From: Paraspadella gotoi
Taxonomy: Eukaryota; Animalia; Chaetognatha
Length of the DNA: 63,998 bases
Reading direction: 5' to 3'
Assembly (NCBI GenBank): GCA_051294375.1
Contig: CM119266.1
Location: 5,503,210 to 5,567,207 of the forward strand
The notes below the pieces were generated by a model that worked only from the letters and a program-made list of their open reading frames with translations, searched no databases and was not told where the DNA came from. The position numbers and the translations under genes are program-made. Positions 1 to 13,054 of this stretch are shown piece after piece. The first letter of the stretch is position 1; each line of letters begins with the position of its first letter.

Positions 1-335
1 GCCATCCTTCCAACTTCTTAATGCCTAACATTCTTTTTGCCATCTGTGCAATCATTCTGGGAAAAAGTAACAAACAATACATCAAAATATTTAGGTTTTC
101 CCTGCCTTTTTTTTCTTAAACCATGTCCGCTTCAATCTGCGCTCGTCCAGCATGCCGACCCCCTTGTTCCTTCCATGTCCGCCCCCAACAAAAAGCTCGG
201 GCATTAAATTGCTCTTAATAAGTTAGAACGGACTCGATCTCACACTTCACAAATAATTTCCCTCATTATTTCTCTTTCTCTCTCGTCTCTCTGTCTTAAA
301 TCCTATCAACGGATAATAAGCTTATCTTTCGGGGA

Positions 336-418
<83 letters not shown>
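1..418 (+). repeat. Direct duplicate of 1573-1979 (assembly redundancy)
   Basis: Identical by eye, including the interrupted GA microsatellite; the second copy ends at a 25-N gap. Confidence 0.9.
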
Positions 419-423
<5 letters not shown>

Positions 424-998
424 CTATTTCCGCCGATCGAAACTCTGGCAGGGGGGTCCATTTAAAGCTATGTGTACGTTGTTGTAAAATGTCTACACTT
501 ACCATTTTAAACTGATCTACACTAGTTTTTAAATTGTTAAGTTTAATGCTTTTTGTTTCTTTTTGCAAAACCACATTATTGTACCAGTTTTCCTTTCTTT
601 GGCAGTAACAGAAAATGTTGCTCCCCTTTTATGTTGCATTTAATTATGCAGTTGCGGTCTCTCTCCTTCTATATCTTCCCCCTCTCTCATCTCTCTCCAT
701 CTCTCTCTTCTCTCTNNNNNNNNNNNNNNNNNNNNNNNNNGATAGAGAGAGAGAGACGCAACTTGCATAAATTTAAATGCAACATAAAAGGGGAGCAACA
801 TTTTCTGTTACTGCCAAGAAAGGGAAAACTGGTACATAATGTGTTTTTGCAAAAATGAAACAAAAAGCATTAAACTTAACAATTTTAAAAAAGTGTAGAC
901 AGTTTAAAATTGTAAGGTAGACATTTTACACACGTACACATACTTTATGGACCTTGCCAGGTTTCGAATCGGCGGAAATTACGCCACTCTCTCTCTCT
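419..998. repeat. Inverted duplication around a 25-N gap (419-715 vs 741-998)
   Basis: The arms are reverse complements differing mostly by 1-2 bp indels. Confidence 0.9.
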
Positions 999-1164
999 GT
1001 AAAAAATAGTAGACAGGAGAAAAAAGAAGAAGAGGACAAAACGTCTAAAGTTGTCGTCGTCGTTGTCGTCGTCGTTGTCGTCGTTCGTTGTCGTCGTCTT
1101 ACTTTTCGACCGATAGACTAGAGTCTTTATCTCTCGAATTATATACGTATCGCTATTCTCCTTC

Positions 1165-1517
1165 ACCCTGCCCTGCCTTACCCTCCTTCTCTTCGAGAAC
1201 ATGCTCGTACTTTCTCGCCCTGCCCTTTTCTTCGTGACATGCCCGTCCTTTCTTCGCCTGTCCTGCCTCACCCTGCCTTTTCTCTGACATGCCCGTCCTT
1301 TCTTTTGCCCTGCCCTGCCCTTACCCTTCTTTATCTTGGACTTGTCTTCCTTTCCTTCGCCCTGTCCTGCCTCACCCTGCCTTTTCTTCGTACTTGCCCG
1401 TCCTTTCTTTTGCCCTGCCCTGCTTTACCCTGTTTTTCATTCGTGGACTTGTCGTCCTTTCTTCGCCTTGCCTGCCTACTTGCCTTTCTTCGTGGACATG
1501 CTCGTCCTTTCCCTCGC
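1165..1517. repeat. Degenerate minisatellite, about 50-bp unit, about 7 copies with alternating variants
   Basis: Recurrent GACATGCCCGTCCTTTCTTYKCCCTGYCCTGCCTYACCCT; explains overlapping spurious ORFs at 945-1691. Confidence 0.85.
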
Positions 1518-1907
1518 TGCCATTGGGCCTTGCCCTTATTCTCCGCCATGGCACACCTCTCTGAAAGACCATGCCATCCTTCCAACTTCTTAATGCCTAA
1601 CATTCTTTTTGCCATCTGTGCAATCATTCTGGGAAAAAGTAACAAACAATACATCAAAATATTTAGGTTTTCCCTGCCTTTTTTTTCTTAAACCATGTCC
1701 GCTTCAATCTGCGCTCGTCCAGCATGCCGACCCCCTTGTTCCTTCCATGTCCGCCCCCAACAAAAAGCTCGGGCATTAAATTGCTCTTAATAAGTTAGAA
1801 CGGACTCGATCTCACACTTCACAAATAATTTCCCTCATTATTTCTCTTTCTCTCTCGTCTCTCTGTCTTAAATCCTATCAACGGATAATAAGCTTATCTT
1901 TCGGGGA

Positions 1908-1979
<72 letters not shown>

Positions 1980-2103
1980 NNNNNNNNNNNNNNNNNNNNN
2001 NNNNCGTTTAACCTCAAGAATTGAATTTTGTCGTCAAATTTATAATCGCAATCGGAATTTTTGGGTTTTTGTTGAGCAGAACGAAGAATAAGTGATATTT
2101 ACT

Positions 2104-2145
<42 letters not shown>

Positions 2146-3891
2146 AGAGAAAAGGAGAAAATGAGGTTGACAAAATGATAACTTTTGTTTTTCCCTGTCA
2201 AATTGTCAATTGTTTATTGAAAAACTGAATGTTACTAACTGGTATTTTTTGGCTTTATGACATAAAAAAAAACGACATTCATGATAGTGAGTTATTGACA
2301 AGTGACAACAATTGTGAGAACAATTGTGACCAAAAAAATATGACGAAAACGACGACGATAGCGTGACGCAATTTACTAGGACGAAAAGATGATAACGATG
2401 TAAAGGACAACTTGGATAAAAAAGACGATAACAACAACGACAGACAGACCGACCGACCGACCGCAACCAACGACCCAGCGAATCTTCATTAAACGGAATC
2501 CGATGCGAACGTGAGCTCCTTGCCAACAAACCGGCCCCCCCGTCCTTGTCTTTACCTACGCGGGAACCGGGCTCATGCTCTATTAAACTATTAATACGGG
2601 GGAGAAAGAGAGGGCGACGCAGCCGCCGCGCGGCGGGGGATTGAGATCGCGTGCAGCTCTATTACTATCCGGGGGAGATTTTTAAGGGGGAGGAGGAGAG
2701 GATGAGATCACGTGCTGCGGATGGGAGGGGGGGAGGAGGAGGAGGAGGATAAGTCACGTGGGTTGACGCCTTCCCGCCTTCGAAAAGAGGAAAGGAATAA
2801 AATAAAGGAATGATTGGAGATGAGGAGGAGGAGAGGAGGAGAGGACAGAGGGGAGGAGGAGGAACAGGAGGAGGAGGAGGGACGAAAGGGGAGGAAAGTG
2901 TTTTGAGGGGAAACAACGTTCCGACGTAATGAAGAGAGAGAGAGAAAGGGGGAGCGAGACGAGAGAGAGAGAGAGAGAGACCGCGCCCAATCGGAGAGAG
3001 ATCCCTTGAATGAAGAGAGAGAATTAACTCAAAGGGTTGCGTTCGCTTTTGGAGGGGAAATAGTTGGGGATGTCTGGATTGGGGCGGGCGATTGGGGGCG
3101 AGGGTACTATGGGAGATTGGGGGTTGATGGCGGTTGATGATCGGCGGAAGGTGAGAAGAGAGGGTCGGCTATTTTTAAGGATGGATGGAGTCACAGATCG
3201 ACTGAGGATTGGTTGGAAAGAGAAGGAAAAGTTGAGGAAGAAAGAAGAAAGAATTGGTAAAGAAAGGAGGAGGAAAGGAAAGAGTAAATGAAGGAAGAGA
3301 AATAGAAAGGAAAGTATAAGGAAAGAGATGAAAAAAGAAAAAGGAAAAGAGAGGAAATAAAGAGATGCAAAGTTCGTTTGTGATAAATAAACATTTTTTT
3401 TTTCTTTTTCTATAAGAGAAAAAAATTGTGATAAATTTCGGTTTTCGAGGTTGAAAGTTCCTCACATCTTGTGAGAGAGAGAGGGAGAGAGAGAGCATTC
3501 TGTTGAACATTGTGATAGAACTAATAAATAATGGATTCTGACGAGATAAAAAAATATTGTTTATTGCTTACTATCACTTCTCTTTTTTGTTTTGTTTTGT
3601 TTTGTTTTTGTTTATTAAAACACTAGGTAAAATTGGGAATCAATAAGTAGCATCTTATTACTACTGGCCTTTTAATTAATTATTTGTTTGTTGCTAAGGG
3701 TACAGGGTGAGACTAGCAGAGAGAAGAAAAAAGAGAGGGGGGGAAGGAAGAGAAGAAAAGAAGGAGAAGAGAGAAGAGTAGACAGAGAGTAGAAGATCGA
3801 GAGCAGAGAGAGTAGGTTTAGTGCGACTGAGAGCGAGATCGAGAGAGTGATTGTGTCAGTGTTTTTTGAGAGGATTGGAGGGGCAGAGAAC

Positions 3892-3951
<60 letters not shown>

Positions 3952-5341
3952 GAGAGATCGACTTGTATAAAGGAGTTGGATGACAGCATATAAACTGGTT
4001 ACTTCGCATGTCGAGAAAACGGGATATTTTCATGGTCCTCTTAAATGGAGGGGAGAAGCGGAGAGGAGGGAGAGAGTAGAGAAGAAGGGAGAAGAGCAGA
4101 GAGAGAGAGAGCACGAGAGAGAGAGAGAGAGTAGAGAGAGAGGAGGAGAAGAGAGAGAGAAGAGAGAGAGAGAAGAACAGAGAGGACTTAATCATTCTTG
4201 TTTTCCTTTTTTTCTATTTTTTACTTTTGTTTCTTTTGTTCACATTTGTTTTACTTCATTGACTCTGTTTTCGTTTTGTGTTTCTTCACTGTTTTCCCCC
4301 TTCTTTCTCTTTCTCCTTTTCTTTTTTCTTTTCTCTTTTTTCACTTATCTTTCTCTCCCCTTTCTTCTCTTTCTTTTTATTTTCTTTTTTCATTCGATTC
4401 TTGTCTTCAAATTGAACTCATCAAAATCGATCACACTCCGAACTGCCTCCCCATTTCTCCTCCACTCTCTTTACCCCTCTCTCCCTATCTCTCTCTCTCC
4501 CTCTCTTTCTCTCTCTCTCCCTCTCTCTCTATCCCTTGCAAGAGAGAGGTGCTGCCAAAAAAAACCAAAGATAAACAAGAGTGGGGCGTCTCAGATGCCA
4601 ATTTCTTGGTCAATGCTAATATTGCAAGAACAAACATAACTTTTTGAAATAATCTTTTTCGGACTCGGAATATTTTTTTCTCCTCTTCTCATCTCTCTCT
4701 CTCTCTCTCTCTCTCATCTCAATCTCTCTCTCTCTCTCTCCTCTCTCGCCCTTCCATTGCAGTGCCACTTCTTTGCAGCACAGATACCCCCATTAGCGAG
4801 CACTGACAGGCATCTCTCACATCCACCCGCTGTGCCGGCCACGCGAGACAGGCCGTGGCTCCCAGCCCCCTCTCTTTTCCTCTCTCTCTCTCTCCCTTCT
4901 CCCACACTTGCCCCGCCATCACAGCACGCGCCTCCCCATCCTCCGTTCTCCCAGTGCTCGCCACCACCCCCTGCCCTCCTCTGCTCGCTCGCCGCCGCCC
5001 CTCTCTCTCTCTCTGCTGTTTAAACTCCTTCCATTTTTTTTGCCCCTCATAAATGTGGGAAATTGTAAGTACAAAATCGGTTCGGCTTCCAGGCGGTCGC
5101 CCTTAAGAAAAACAACAGATGAGGAGCGTAATAATTCGGAGAACTTTTTCCAGACGGCTTAATGCATTTGGAGGGGAGAGTGAGAGGAGAGTCGAGAGAG
5201 AGAGGAGAGAGAGATACGAGAGAGTCGACGAGGGCGGAAAGAGGAGGGAAAAGAGAGAGAGAGAGAAAGAAATTTTTTTCTAAAACATTTTTATTTAAAT
5301 TTTAAAATCGCTTTAATCTCATTTGCATATTTCCGTCGCAG

Positions 5342-5451
5342 ATACGGAGGCGTCGATCTCAACGCCCGGCGGAAAAACGCGACGCGGGAATCGACGCAGA
5401 CGTTGAAGGCGTGGCTCTACGAGCATCGGAAGAACCCTTACCCGACCAAAG
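5342..5451 (+). CDS. Irx: Irx exon: N-terminal half of homeodomain ([36 protein letters not shown])
   Basis: Acceptor ttccgtcgcag ends at 5341; donor gtgagt at 5452; contains the TALE PYP loop and the Irx-diagnostic RRKNATRE. Confidence 0.96.
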
Positions 5452-5674
5452 GTGAGTTATAGACAAACAAACGCATTTAAGTAAAACCCGAAAGCAACCC
5501 AAAGAAGCCAATGAAAAGTCAATGGCTTCTTTTGTTTTAAAAAGCGGGTAAGTTAAGTTCTGGCTCAGAACTCATACACCGATCCTCTTACCTCACCCTC
5601 GGCCGAAGGTGAGTCACCGACGCCGAACATCGGAACTCCTCTCTCTTTTTTTGAGATTCTCTGTGGGAATTTTA

Positions 5675-5706
<32 letters not shown>

Positions 5707-8700
5707 TCACTCGCTCTGCGTTGTTTCTTGTGTCTTCTTCTATTTGCTTCGATTCCAAGTTCCCCTCCTCCTTTTCTCCTCTTCCTTTTCATCCTCCTCC
5801 TCTTTCTCCTCNNNNNNNNNNNNNNNNNNNNNNNNNNNNNNNNNNNNNNNNNNNNNNNNNNNNNNNNNNNNNNNNNNNNNNNNNNNNNNNNNNNNNNNNN
5901 NNNNNNNNNNNNNNNNNNNNNNNNNNNNNNNNNNNNNNNNNNNNNNNNNNNNNNNNNNNNNNNNNNNNNNNNNNNNNNNNNNNNNNNNNNNNNNNNNNNN
6001 NNNNNNNNNNNNNNNNNNNNNNNNNNNNNNNNNNNNNNNNNNNNNNNNNNNNNNNNNNNNNNNNNNNNNNNNNNNNNNNNNNNNNNNNNNNNNNNNNNNN
6101 NNNNNNNNNNNNNNNNNNNNNNNNNNNNNNNNNNNNNNNNNNNNNNNNNNNNNNNNNNNNNNNNNNNNNNNNNNNNNNNNNNNNNNNNAGAGTCTGATTA
6201 ACCTTTTTTAAACTCGTGACGTTTTCGGTGTGACTTACCGTTGCTGCGTTAATTGGGAGCGAACGACGAAGACAACGACGACGAAATCGAAAACGACGAC
6301 GACGACGACAACGACGACGACGACGATCACGGTTAAAAACTCGTCGACGACGCCTGACCTCCGAGGCGCCTCTCCTCGGGGCGCCTTACCTTAATGCACC
6401 TTACCTCGTCTCACCTTCGTTTCCTACCTCTTTCCCTTTTTTCGTTTTAAAGGTCGATGGGAGAATAAAAAAAGATTCCATACAAGTTTTCCTTTTTTAA
6501 TATTAGATAGGAATGTGATGTATATTTTTTTGTATTTCAAATTTCTTCTTTCAAGCCAAACTTATACATTTTAGCTCCTCTCTTTCTATTTCATAATTTC
6601 TTTTCTTTTCTTATTTTCTATATTTCTTATCCCTTCTCCGTTCTTTCCCTATCCATCCTATGCTTCCTTGCACTCCTCCCTATCCTTCCTCTTTCTCTTC
6701 CCTATCCTTCCTTGCTCTCTTCCCTATTCTTCCATGCTCTCCTCCCTAACCTCGCCCCCTTTTCCTCTCTCCTCTTTCCCTTCTCCTCATTTCCTTTTTT
6801 CTCTTCTATCACCTCGTTAGCGCCGAGCTTGCGACCTTCGGTTTAGAGGAAGACACATTTCTCAGAAAAGCGACCGCGAAGCAACTTGACGAGGAACTAC
6901 CGTCTATTAGCGACAACAGACAACGACTATTGAATAAAAATAAAATATTTTTAACTCTTACTTTTAACGGGATCACTGAAAATGAAAGATTTGATTATTA
7001 CAGAAAAAGTAAAAAAAAAACAAACAAAAAAACCCTCATAATTATCGGTCATTTGCACTGATCATTTTTTTCTAAAAACCTCAATACCAACCTAATTTGC
7101 ATATTGTTATTTTTTTCCTTAAAATAGAGTAAACCAATTGTTTTATCCTTTATTTTTGTGAGATTTCGTATTACCAGCCTTATAAAAATAGCTCTTCGAC
7201 TAAGAATCGTCCCACCTTTGTTCATTTGTTTTTTTTTCCCGATGACACGATTAGTTCTTCATTTCCTCCGCCAGGCGAAAAGATCATGCTGGCGGAATCA
7301 TCACGAGTAATGACGCTGACTCAAGCTCGACTTGGTTCGCCAACGCGAGGAGGAGACTCAAGAAGGAGAACAGATGACCTGGTCGCCAAGGTGAGTCGTC
7401 AGTGATGGAGTGACCATGAGGTTTATGACTGGGGTTGATGGGGCAGAAATGTAACCTTAGTGACGGGATGTCCAGTTTGTCGAGCCTGGACTGACTTTAT
7501 TGGTCGCTGAAGTGATTTGTCAGTGATGGGGTGACCTGAGCGCCGAGTTAAGTAATCTCTGATGCAGTGACCTCATTGTCGGTGAGTGATAACTGATCAG
7601 TGATGGAGTGACCTAATTGATGATGTCTCTTGCTGGCCGAGTTGAATGATATATTGATGGGGAGACCCAATTGTCTATTGGAAGCCTTGGTTACTCGAGA
7701 TTGGGTTTATGGGTCACTGATGGTTAAGATTCGGTCGTGTTCTGATGTTGTGGTCAAAACTTCACTCCATTTCGGTTTTTTTTTTATTTCTCAGAAATCG
7801 CGTCGGCGGCGACGACGACAAAGACAAGGACGACGACGACGACGACGATAAAGACGACGTCAAAGACGAAAAAAGTGTCGGGGAAGACGAAGACGACGAC
7901 TTAGCCGACATTGGTAAGTCGAGGGTGAGGTCGGGCACGGGGTTGAATGACTCTTGGGGTTGACTGATGCTAGGAGGAAGAATAAATGGAGCGAGGTAAA
8001 GTCAGAAATGGGATGGATGAAGAGGAAGTGAGATTAGCCAAGTTAATGAGAAAGAGGTCCTGATTCAGAACTGAACTTAATTGTAACCTTGTCCCCAACC
8101 TTAAATCCTAACCCCAACCCTTAACCCTTACCTTAAACGAATCCCTAACCCTTACCCTAACCTTTCTCAGTGTTGTTCAAATAAATTCTCGCTCTAAGGT
8201 CGGGTAAGGCTGACTCGGGCTAACGGTAAGTGAAACGAGGTAAATGGAGGAAAAGGAGAATATATATATTAGTAAGCGACTAAGTCAGTGAGAAAAAGTC
8301 CAGAATATATCTCAAACGAGAGAGGTCTGGTGACAGAAAAATAGAGAAAAAAGCGTGAATGAAAAACCTCAAACCCTGGACTCGGCTCCGGATCTCCGGG
8401 AGGAGGATGAAGAGAAATGAAGAAGAGACTGCTGACGAAGGCCTATCGGCTTTTTCTGTCCCGTAATAGTGGCACATGACAATTCTTTTTTTAAACTACT
8501 ACATTTAAATTTAATATTTAAAAATACATTTCCATCATTTAATCCTTTAATTCCCATTTTTCTCGGCAGACATCGACGTCGTCGCCGACAACGACGACGA
8601 CGACGACCTCCTCCTCAAATCGTCTCCCGGCGCCGGACGCCGCGTTTCCGGCGGAAGTGGGCGTGGCTCTACTTCCGGTCGGGCGTCTCCTTCGTCCCGT

Positions 8701-9492
8701 TCTCGATCTCCGCTCTCGTCGCCACGAGCGTCGATGAGCGGCGAATGCGGCGTCGAAATCGGCGGCGCCAAACCGAGAATTTGGTCTTTGGCGGCGACAG
8801 CTGCAGCTACGACGCCGCCGCCGCCGCCGACGCAGTATCCGCATCATCGCGGCGTAGGTTTGACGCAGGGACGGACGCCGGGAGGTTACGGCTACGGCGG
8901 CGGAATGGGCGCCGGTTCTCCGCTGCATGGAAGCGGCGTCCACGGCGGCGGTGGCGGAGGCGGAGCCCCTTCGCCGATGTCCAACTTAAGAAACTGGGTC
9001 GACGGCGTATTTCATCACAACGCCGCGGCGTCGCAATACGCCGCCAATCTTCAAGTCGTCGCCGCTCAACAGCAACAACAGCAACAACAACATCATTTCC
9101 AACAACAACATCAACTTCACCATCAACAACATCAACAACAACATCATCTAACGGCGACGCAGACAAACGGACTTCCTCGCCCAATTCCGGCGCCACCGGC
9201 GCGATTTTCCACTTCCTCTTCCTCGACCGGCGTCGAATCTTCCAACGGCGGCGCTCTTCTCTTTCCTTCCTCCCGCCCACCGGCGTTGGCGGCGAATCAG
9301 ATGGCGGCGTTGAATCGATTGCAATCCCACGCGGCCAAGAACGCCGCCGACGGATTGCATCCGCTGCATCATCTTCAGCGACACGGAGTCGGTTCGAGCG
9401 CGGGCAGCCCCGACGGCCTCGCGCGGCCCGGGCCCAATTCGGAAGGGCTGCGACGAGGCGATGGAGGCTACGGGGGCGGATTGGTGGGCGGA

Positions 9493-9524
<32 letters not shown>

Positions 9525-9678
9525 ACTCGGCGGCGGCGTGAGATTCTCCTCTTCCTCATCCTCTCCCTCTTCCCCATCGCCGACGACGATGACGACGTCG
9601 ATGACGACGATGTTGACGTCGAAGTTCACAGCTTTCAAACCTGTGAACGCGTCTTCACCCGTTGGAGGATTGGGATGA
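5342..9678 (+). CDS. Irx: Iroquois-class (TALE) homeobox transcription factor, 5'-partial, join(5342..5451,7275..7390,7795..7913,8570..9678)
   Basis: Spliced translation gives [77 protein letters not shown].../DIDV...KPRIWSLA (IRO box)...[10 protein letters not shown]...FTAFKPV..stop. All introns are GT-AG with consistent phases once indels in the second exon are corrected. Confidence 0.96.
7275..7390 (+). CDS. Irx: Irx exon: C-terminal half of homeodomain (GEKIMLA...[18 protein letters not shown]), with small indels in this assembly
   Basis: Acceptor ctccgccag ends at 7274; donor gtgagt at 7391; Irx helix-3 [12 protein letters not shown] is read directly. About four small indels relative to the Irx consensus IITxMTLTQVSTW...ENKMTW. 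Confidence 0.93.
7395..7680. repeat. Degenerate intronic minisatellite (core CAGTGATGGRGTGACC)
   Basis: The core recurs about six times within the Irx intron 7391-7794. Confidence 0.6.
7795..7913 (+). CDS. Irx: Irx exon: acidic tract following the homeodomain ([39 protein letters not shown])
   Basis: Polypyrimidine tract plus ttctcag acceptor ending 7794; gtaagt donor at 7914; phases match flanking exons; an acidic region after the HD is typical of Irx. Confidence 0.9.
8570..9678 (+). CDS. Irx: Irx last coding exon: IRO box, [10 protein letters not shown] motif, polyQ/H and polyG tracts, FTAFKPV motif
   Basis: Acceptor tctcggcag ends at 8569; in frame with ORF 8734..9678; KPRIWSLA at 8770-8793; stop TGA at 9676-9678. 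Confidence 0.92.
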
Positions 9679-12600
9679 GATGGATTGGAGGGATCGAGGG
9701 GGAAAGGGGATACAGATGGGTGGGATACAGATGGGGATAGAAATGGTTTTTCTTGTATTTTGTTTATTAATCATAACATAAATTTATTCCTACCTTTCTC
9801 TTCCTCCTTCTCTCACTGCTTCACTTTTATTCATTTTACTTTACTTTACTTTCCTTTCCNNNNNNNNNNNNNNNNNNNNNNNNNNNNNNNNNNNNNNNNN
9901 NNNNNNNNNNNNNNNNNNNNNNNNNNNNNNNNNNNNNNNNNNNNNNNNNNNNNNNNNNNNNNNNNNNNNNNNNNNNNNNNNNNNNNNNNNNNNNNNNNNN
10001 NNNNNNNNNNNNNNNNNNNNNNNNNNNNNNNNNNNNNNNNNNNNNNNNNNNNNNNNNNNNNNNNNNNNNNNNNNNNNNNNNNNNNNNNNNNNNNNNNNNN
10101 NNNNNNNNNNNNNNNNNNNNNNNNNNNNNNNNNNNNNNNNNNNNNNNNNNNNNNNNNNNNNNNNNNNNNNNNNNNNNNNNNNNNNNNNNNNNNNNNNNNN
10201 NNNNNNNNNNNNNNNNNNNNNNNNNNNNNNNNNNNNCCCGCTTGACAGTCCCTCGCCAAAAGCCCGATCAAATTGACAGTCTTTTGTTAACTTTTTTCGA
10301 TTTCGCTCTCTAGTCACGAGGGGCGCTGTCGTTTGGCGCGAAAATTCAAATAATAATCATCGACTCACTTTTTTATAAAAAAAAATAATAAAATAAAACA
10401 CTGAATTCGTTCCGAAGTTTGATTTTTGAGACAAAATCAAAAAAATCTATAAAATAAATGTCGCGTTGTTTTATTCCTCGTCCCTTTTAGGATAAAACGA
10501 TAATCCTTCTGCTGATAAAATCATTTTTCCTGTTTTGTGTTGATTAATTCGTTTGTTTTTAAAATTCCCTACATTATTTGATTTCATCCTTCGTTGTCCC
10601 AACTTTGTCTTTTTGTGTCTCCGATGTTAACTTCACAATTGATAGAATTTTTGCTCATAATTTTTTTTCTTCGCCTTTTATCACAGAAACATTTGGACGT
10701 CGTCATTGATAAAATTATGACAAATTAAACTTATTTTCGTGTATTTTTTTTTTTGACAAAGTTAAAACTTTTTTTTAAAAGTTTATCGCTCGCATGATTT
10801 TCTTTTTATATAATTTAGGCCTTAATTCAAAGATTTTGTAAAATGTAGAATTATAGATTCCTCCGTCATTCTTGTCATAAATTGCATTTTTTCAATAACA
10901 TAATCGCATCAATATAAACGTGTTTCCAAATCATTTTGAAGCGGGTTCATTAACATTTGACAAACAAACTAGAAAATACTAAACGCGAATTCTCACGAAT
11001 TTTAGATTTAGTTATCGATTCTTTGAATAATTCTGGAAGAAAAAAATAATTAGAATTTCTCCAACACTGAAGCTTTTAAATGCAAACGTCTTACATTGTG
11101 TAGAACTCTTAAACCACGATGTGCAGCAGCGTGAATCTGACATCAGTGATGTAATAATTATAGATCATTAATTTTTAAAATAATCTTTTTCTATCTATCT
11201 ATCTATTTTCTATCTTCTTTTCTTTCTCTCTTTGCCGTCTATCTTTTTATCGATCTTTTTATTTCTTTCTTTCTTTCTTTCTTTTTTTCTTTTTTTCTTT
11301 GAGAGATGATGAGAGAGAGAGAGAGACGAGAGAGAGACTGATAGAGAGAGAGGATGTAGAGAGAAAAAAAAGTAGAAAAGAAAAGAGAAAAGAAAAAGGC
11401 CTGTATTATATTTTTAAAGTGAGATCGTGACTTGTATGGAAAGGGAAATAAGCGGAAAGAAAAATGAACAAAGGAACAAAAAAATGTAAGAACAAAAAAA
11501 AAAAGAACAAAAATAAAGAACTCAAAAAAAAAAAAAAAAGCAGTAGATAATTAAGGTGGCCGACGTCCTACGACGGTCTCGACCACCCAATATTCTCAAA
11601 GAAACGTATTATTTTTCCCTTTTATTTTTCGTGTTTTTGAGGGGGGTTTCTCCTTTTTTCGCTCCGAGTTCTTTTTAAAAAATTACTCTCTCCTCTCTCT
11701 TCTCTCTCTCTCTCTCTTTTCTCTCTCCTCTCTCCCTCTCTCTCCCTTTCTCTCTTCTCTCTCTCGCAAAAGAAATTCCCAGCGACGTTCGACGCGACTT
11801 TTTAAATCAGAAGCCAAAAAAGGAATTGAAAAGTGGAAAGAAAGAAAGAAAGAAGTTAAGAATAAGAAGTAAGAAAGAAAGGAAAGATAAAGATAAGAAG
11901 ATAAGAATAGAAAGAATAAGAAAAGAAAGACAGAAAGAAAAAAAGAATAAAAGAAATGAAAGAAAGAAAGAAAGAAAGAAAAAAACGAAAAAAAGAAAAA
12001 AAGAAAGAAAGAAAGAAAGAAATAAATAAATAAAATAAATAAATTAAATAAATAAATGAAATAATGTCGAGGAACTAGTAGTCAGCCTTGCCCTCGCCAG
12101 GCGTATTCTCCGTCCTATGACCGTTCGCTGCCATTTACTGGGGAGACTGCCGTCAACTCCCCTTCGTCGCTCGGAAGTGGGCGCGGCCGCATCCAAACCC
12201 CTTTGGTGTCGCGACGTCGCGAGTGACGCCGAGACCTTTGTCGGCGGAGGGTGTCAGCCTCTTTGCACCGCCTCCGTCAGTTGTCCACAAGTCACATCGA
12301 AAGTGTCCTGTGGTTCGAAGTGTGGACCTCCACAAGTTATTTGTCCACACGTGACAAGACGTCATGATCTGCTACAAGTGGTGACTAGACTGGGACTGAT
12401 TTGAAAACATGTCTCATGTCCCCGGTGAAAAAGGCCGTTTGGGACGGGCTGAAGTCTCTCAGTGACTGGTCACTCTCTCTNNNNNNNNNNNNNNNNNNNN
12501 NNNNNCTCTCTCTCTCTCTTTCTCATTTAAAACTATTTCTTCGCGGGTCCGACGCATAAAACAACAAAAATCCGCCTCAATCGATGCATAATGCATTTTT

Positions 12601-13054
12601 GGTTGCGAAGAGTGAATCAAGGTGAGAAAAGAAAATTAGGAGTTGAAAAAGAGAGGAAGAGTGAAGTTGATTAGAGAAGTTGTGAGTAATTAGAGAAGTC
12701 GAGCGAAAGAGAAAAGTACAAGAAAGGCAGATGAAATACAAAGAGAGAATAAGAGAAGTGGACTAAAAAAGTTGTGTGTCTTTAGAGAAGTTAATAAAAA
12801 GAGAAAAGTAGAAAAAAGGTTGGTAAAATGGAAAGATAAGTTAAGAGAAGTAGATTAGAAAATTTGCGGGTCATTAGAAAAGTAGAGAGAATGAGAAAAG
12901 TAAAGGAAAGGTTGATATAATTGGAAAGATAAGTTAAGAGAAGTAGATTAGAAAAGATAAAAGTGAAAGAAAGGTTGATGAAATAGAAATAAAGGATTAG
13001 AGAAGTTGATTAGAGAATAGAAGAAGAAGAAAGTTAAATGTGAAATTTAAAGTA

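Noticed and set aside
8088-8165. Telomere-like CCCTAA repeats in an Irx intron
   Set aside because: Short and degenerate; similar AACCT-rich tracts occur inside MITE-like repeats (about 18680-18800, 20550-20740)
6401-8243. Complementary intronic 14-mers (TTACCTCGTCTCAC vs GTGAAACGAGGTAA) that could loop out two Irx exons in frame
   Set aside because: Both lie in degenerate CCTYA/TRAGG pentamer tracts, so a chance match is likely
8469-9740. 423-aa Arg-rich ORF and antisense ORFs overlapping the Irx last exon
   Set aside because: Shadow frames of a GC-rich, low-complexity coding exon; only the 8734..9678 frame has Irx motifs and splices in phase
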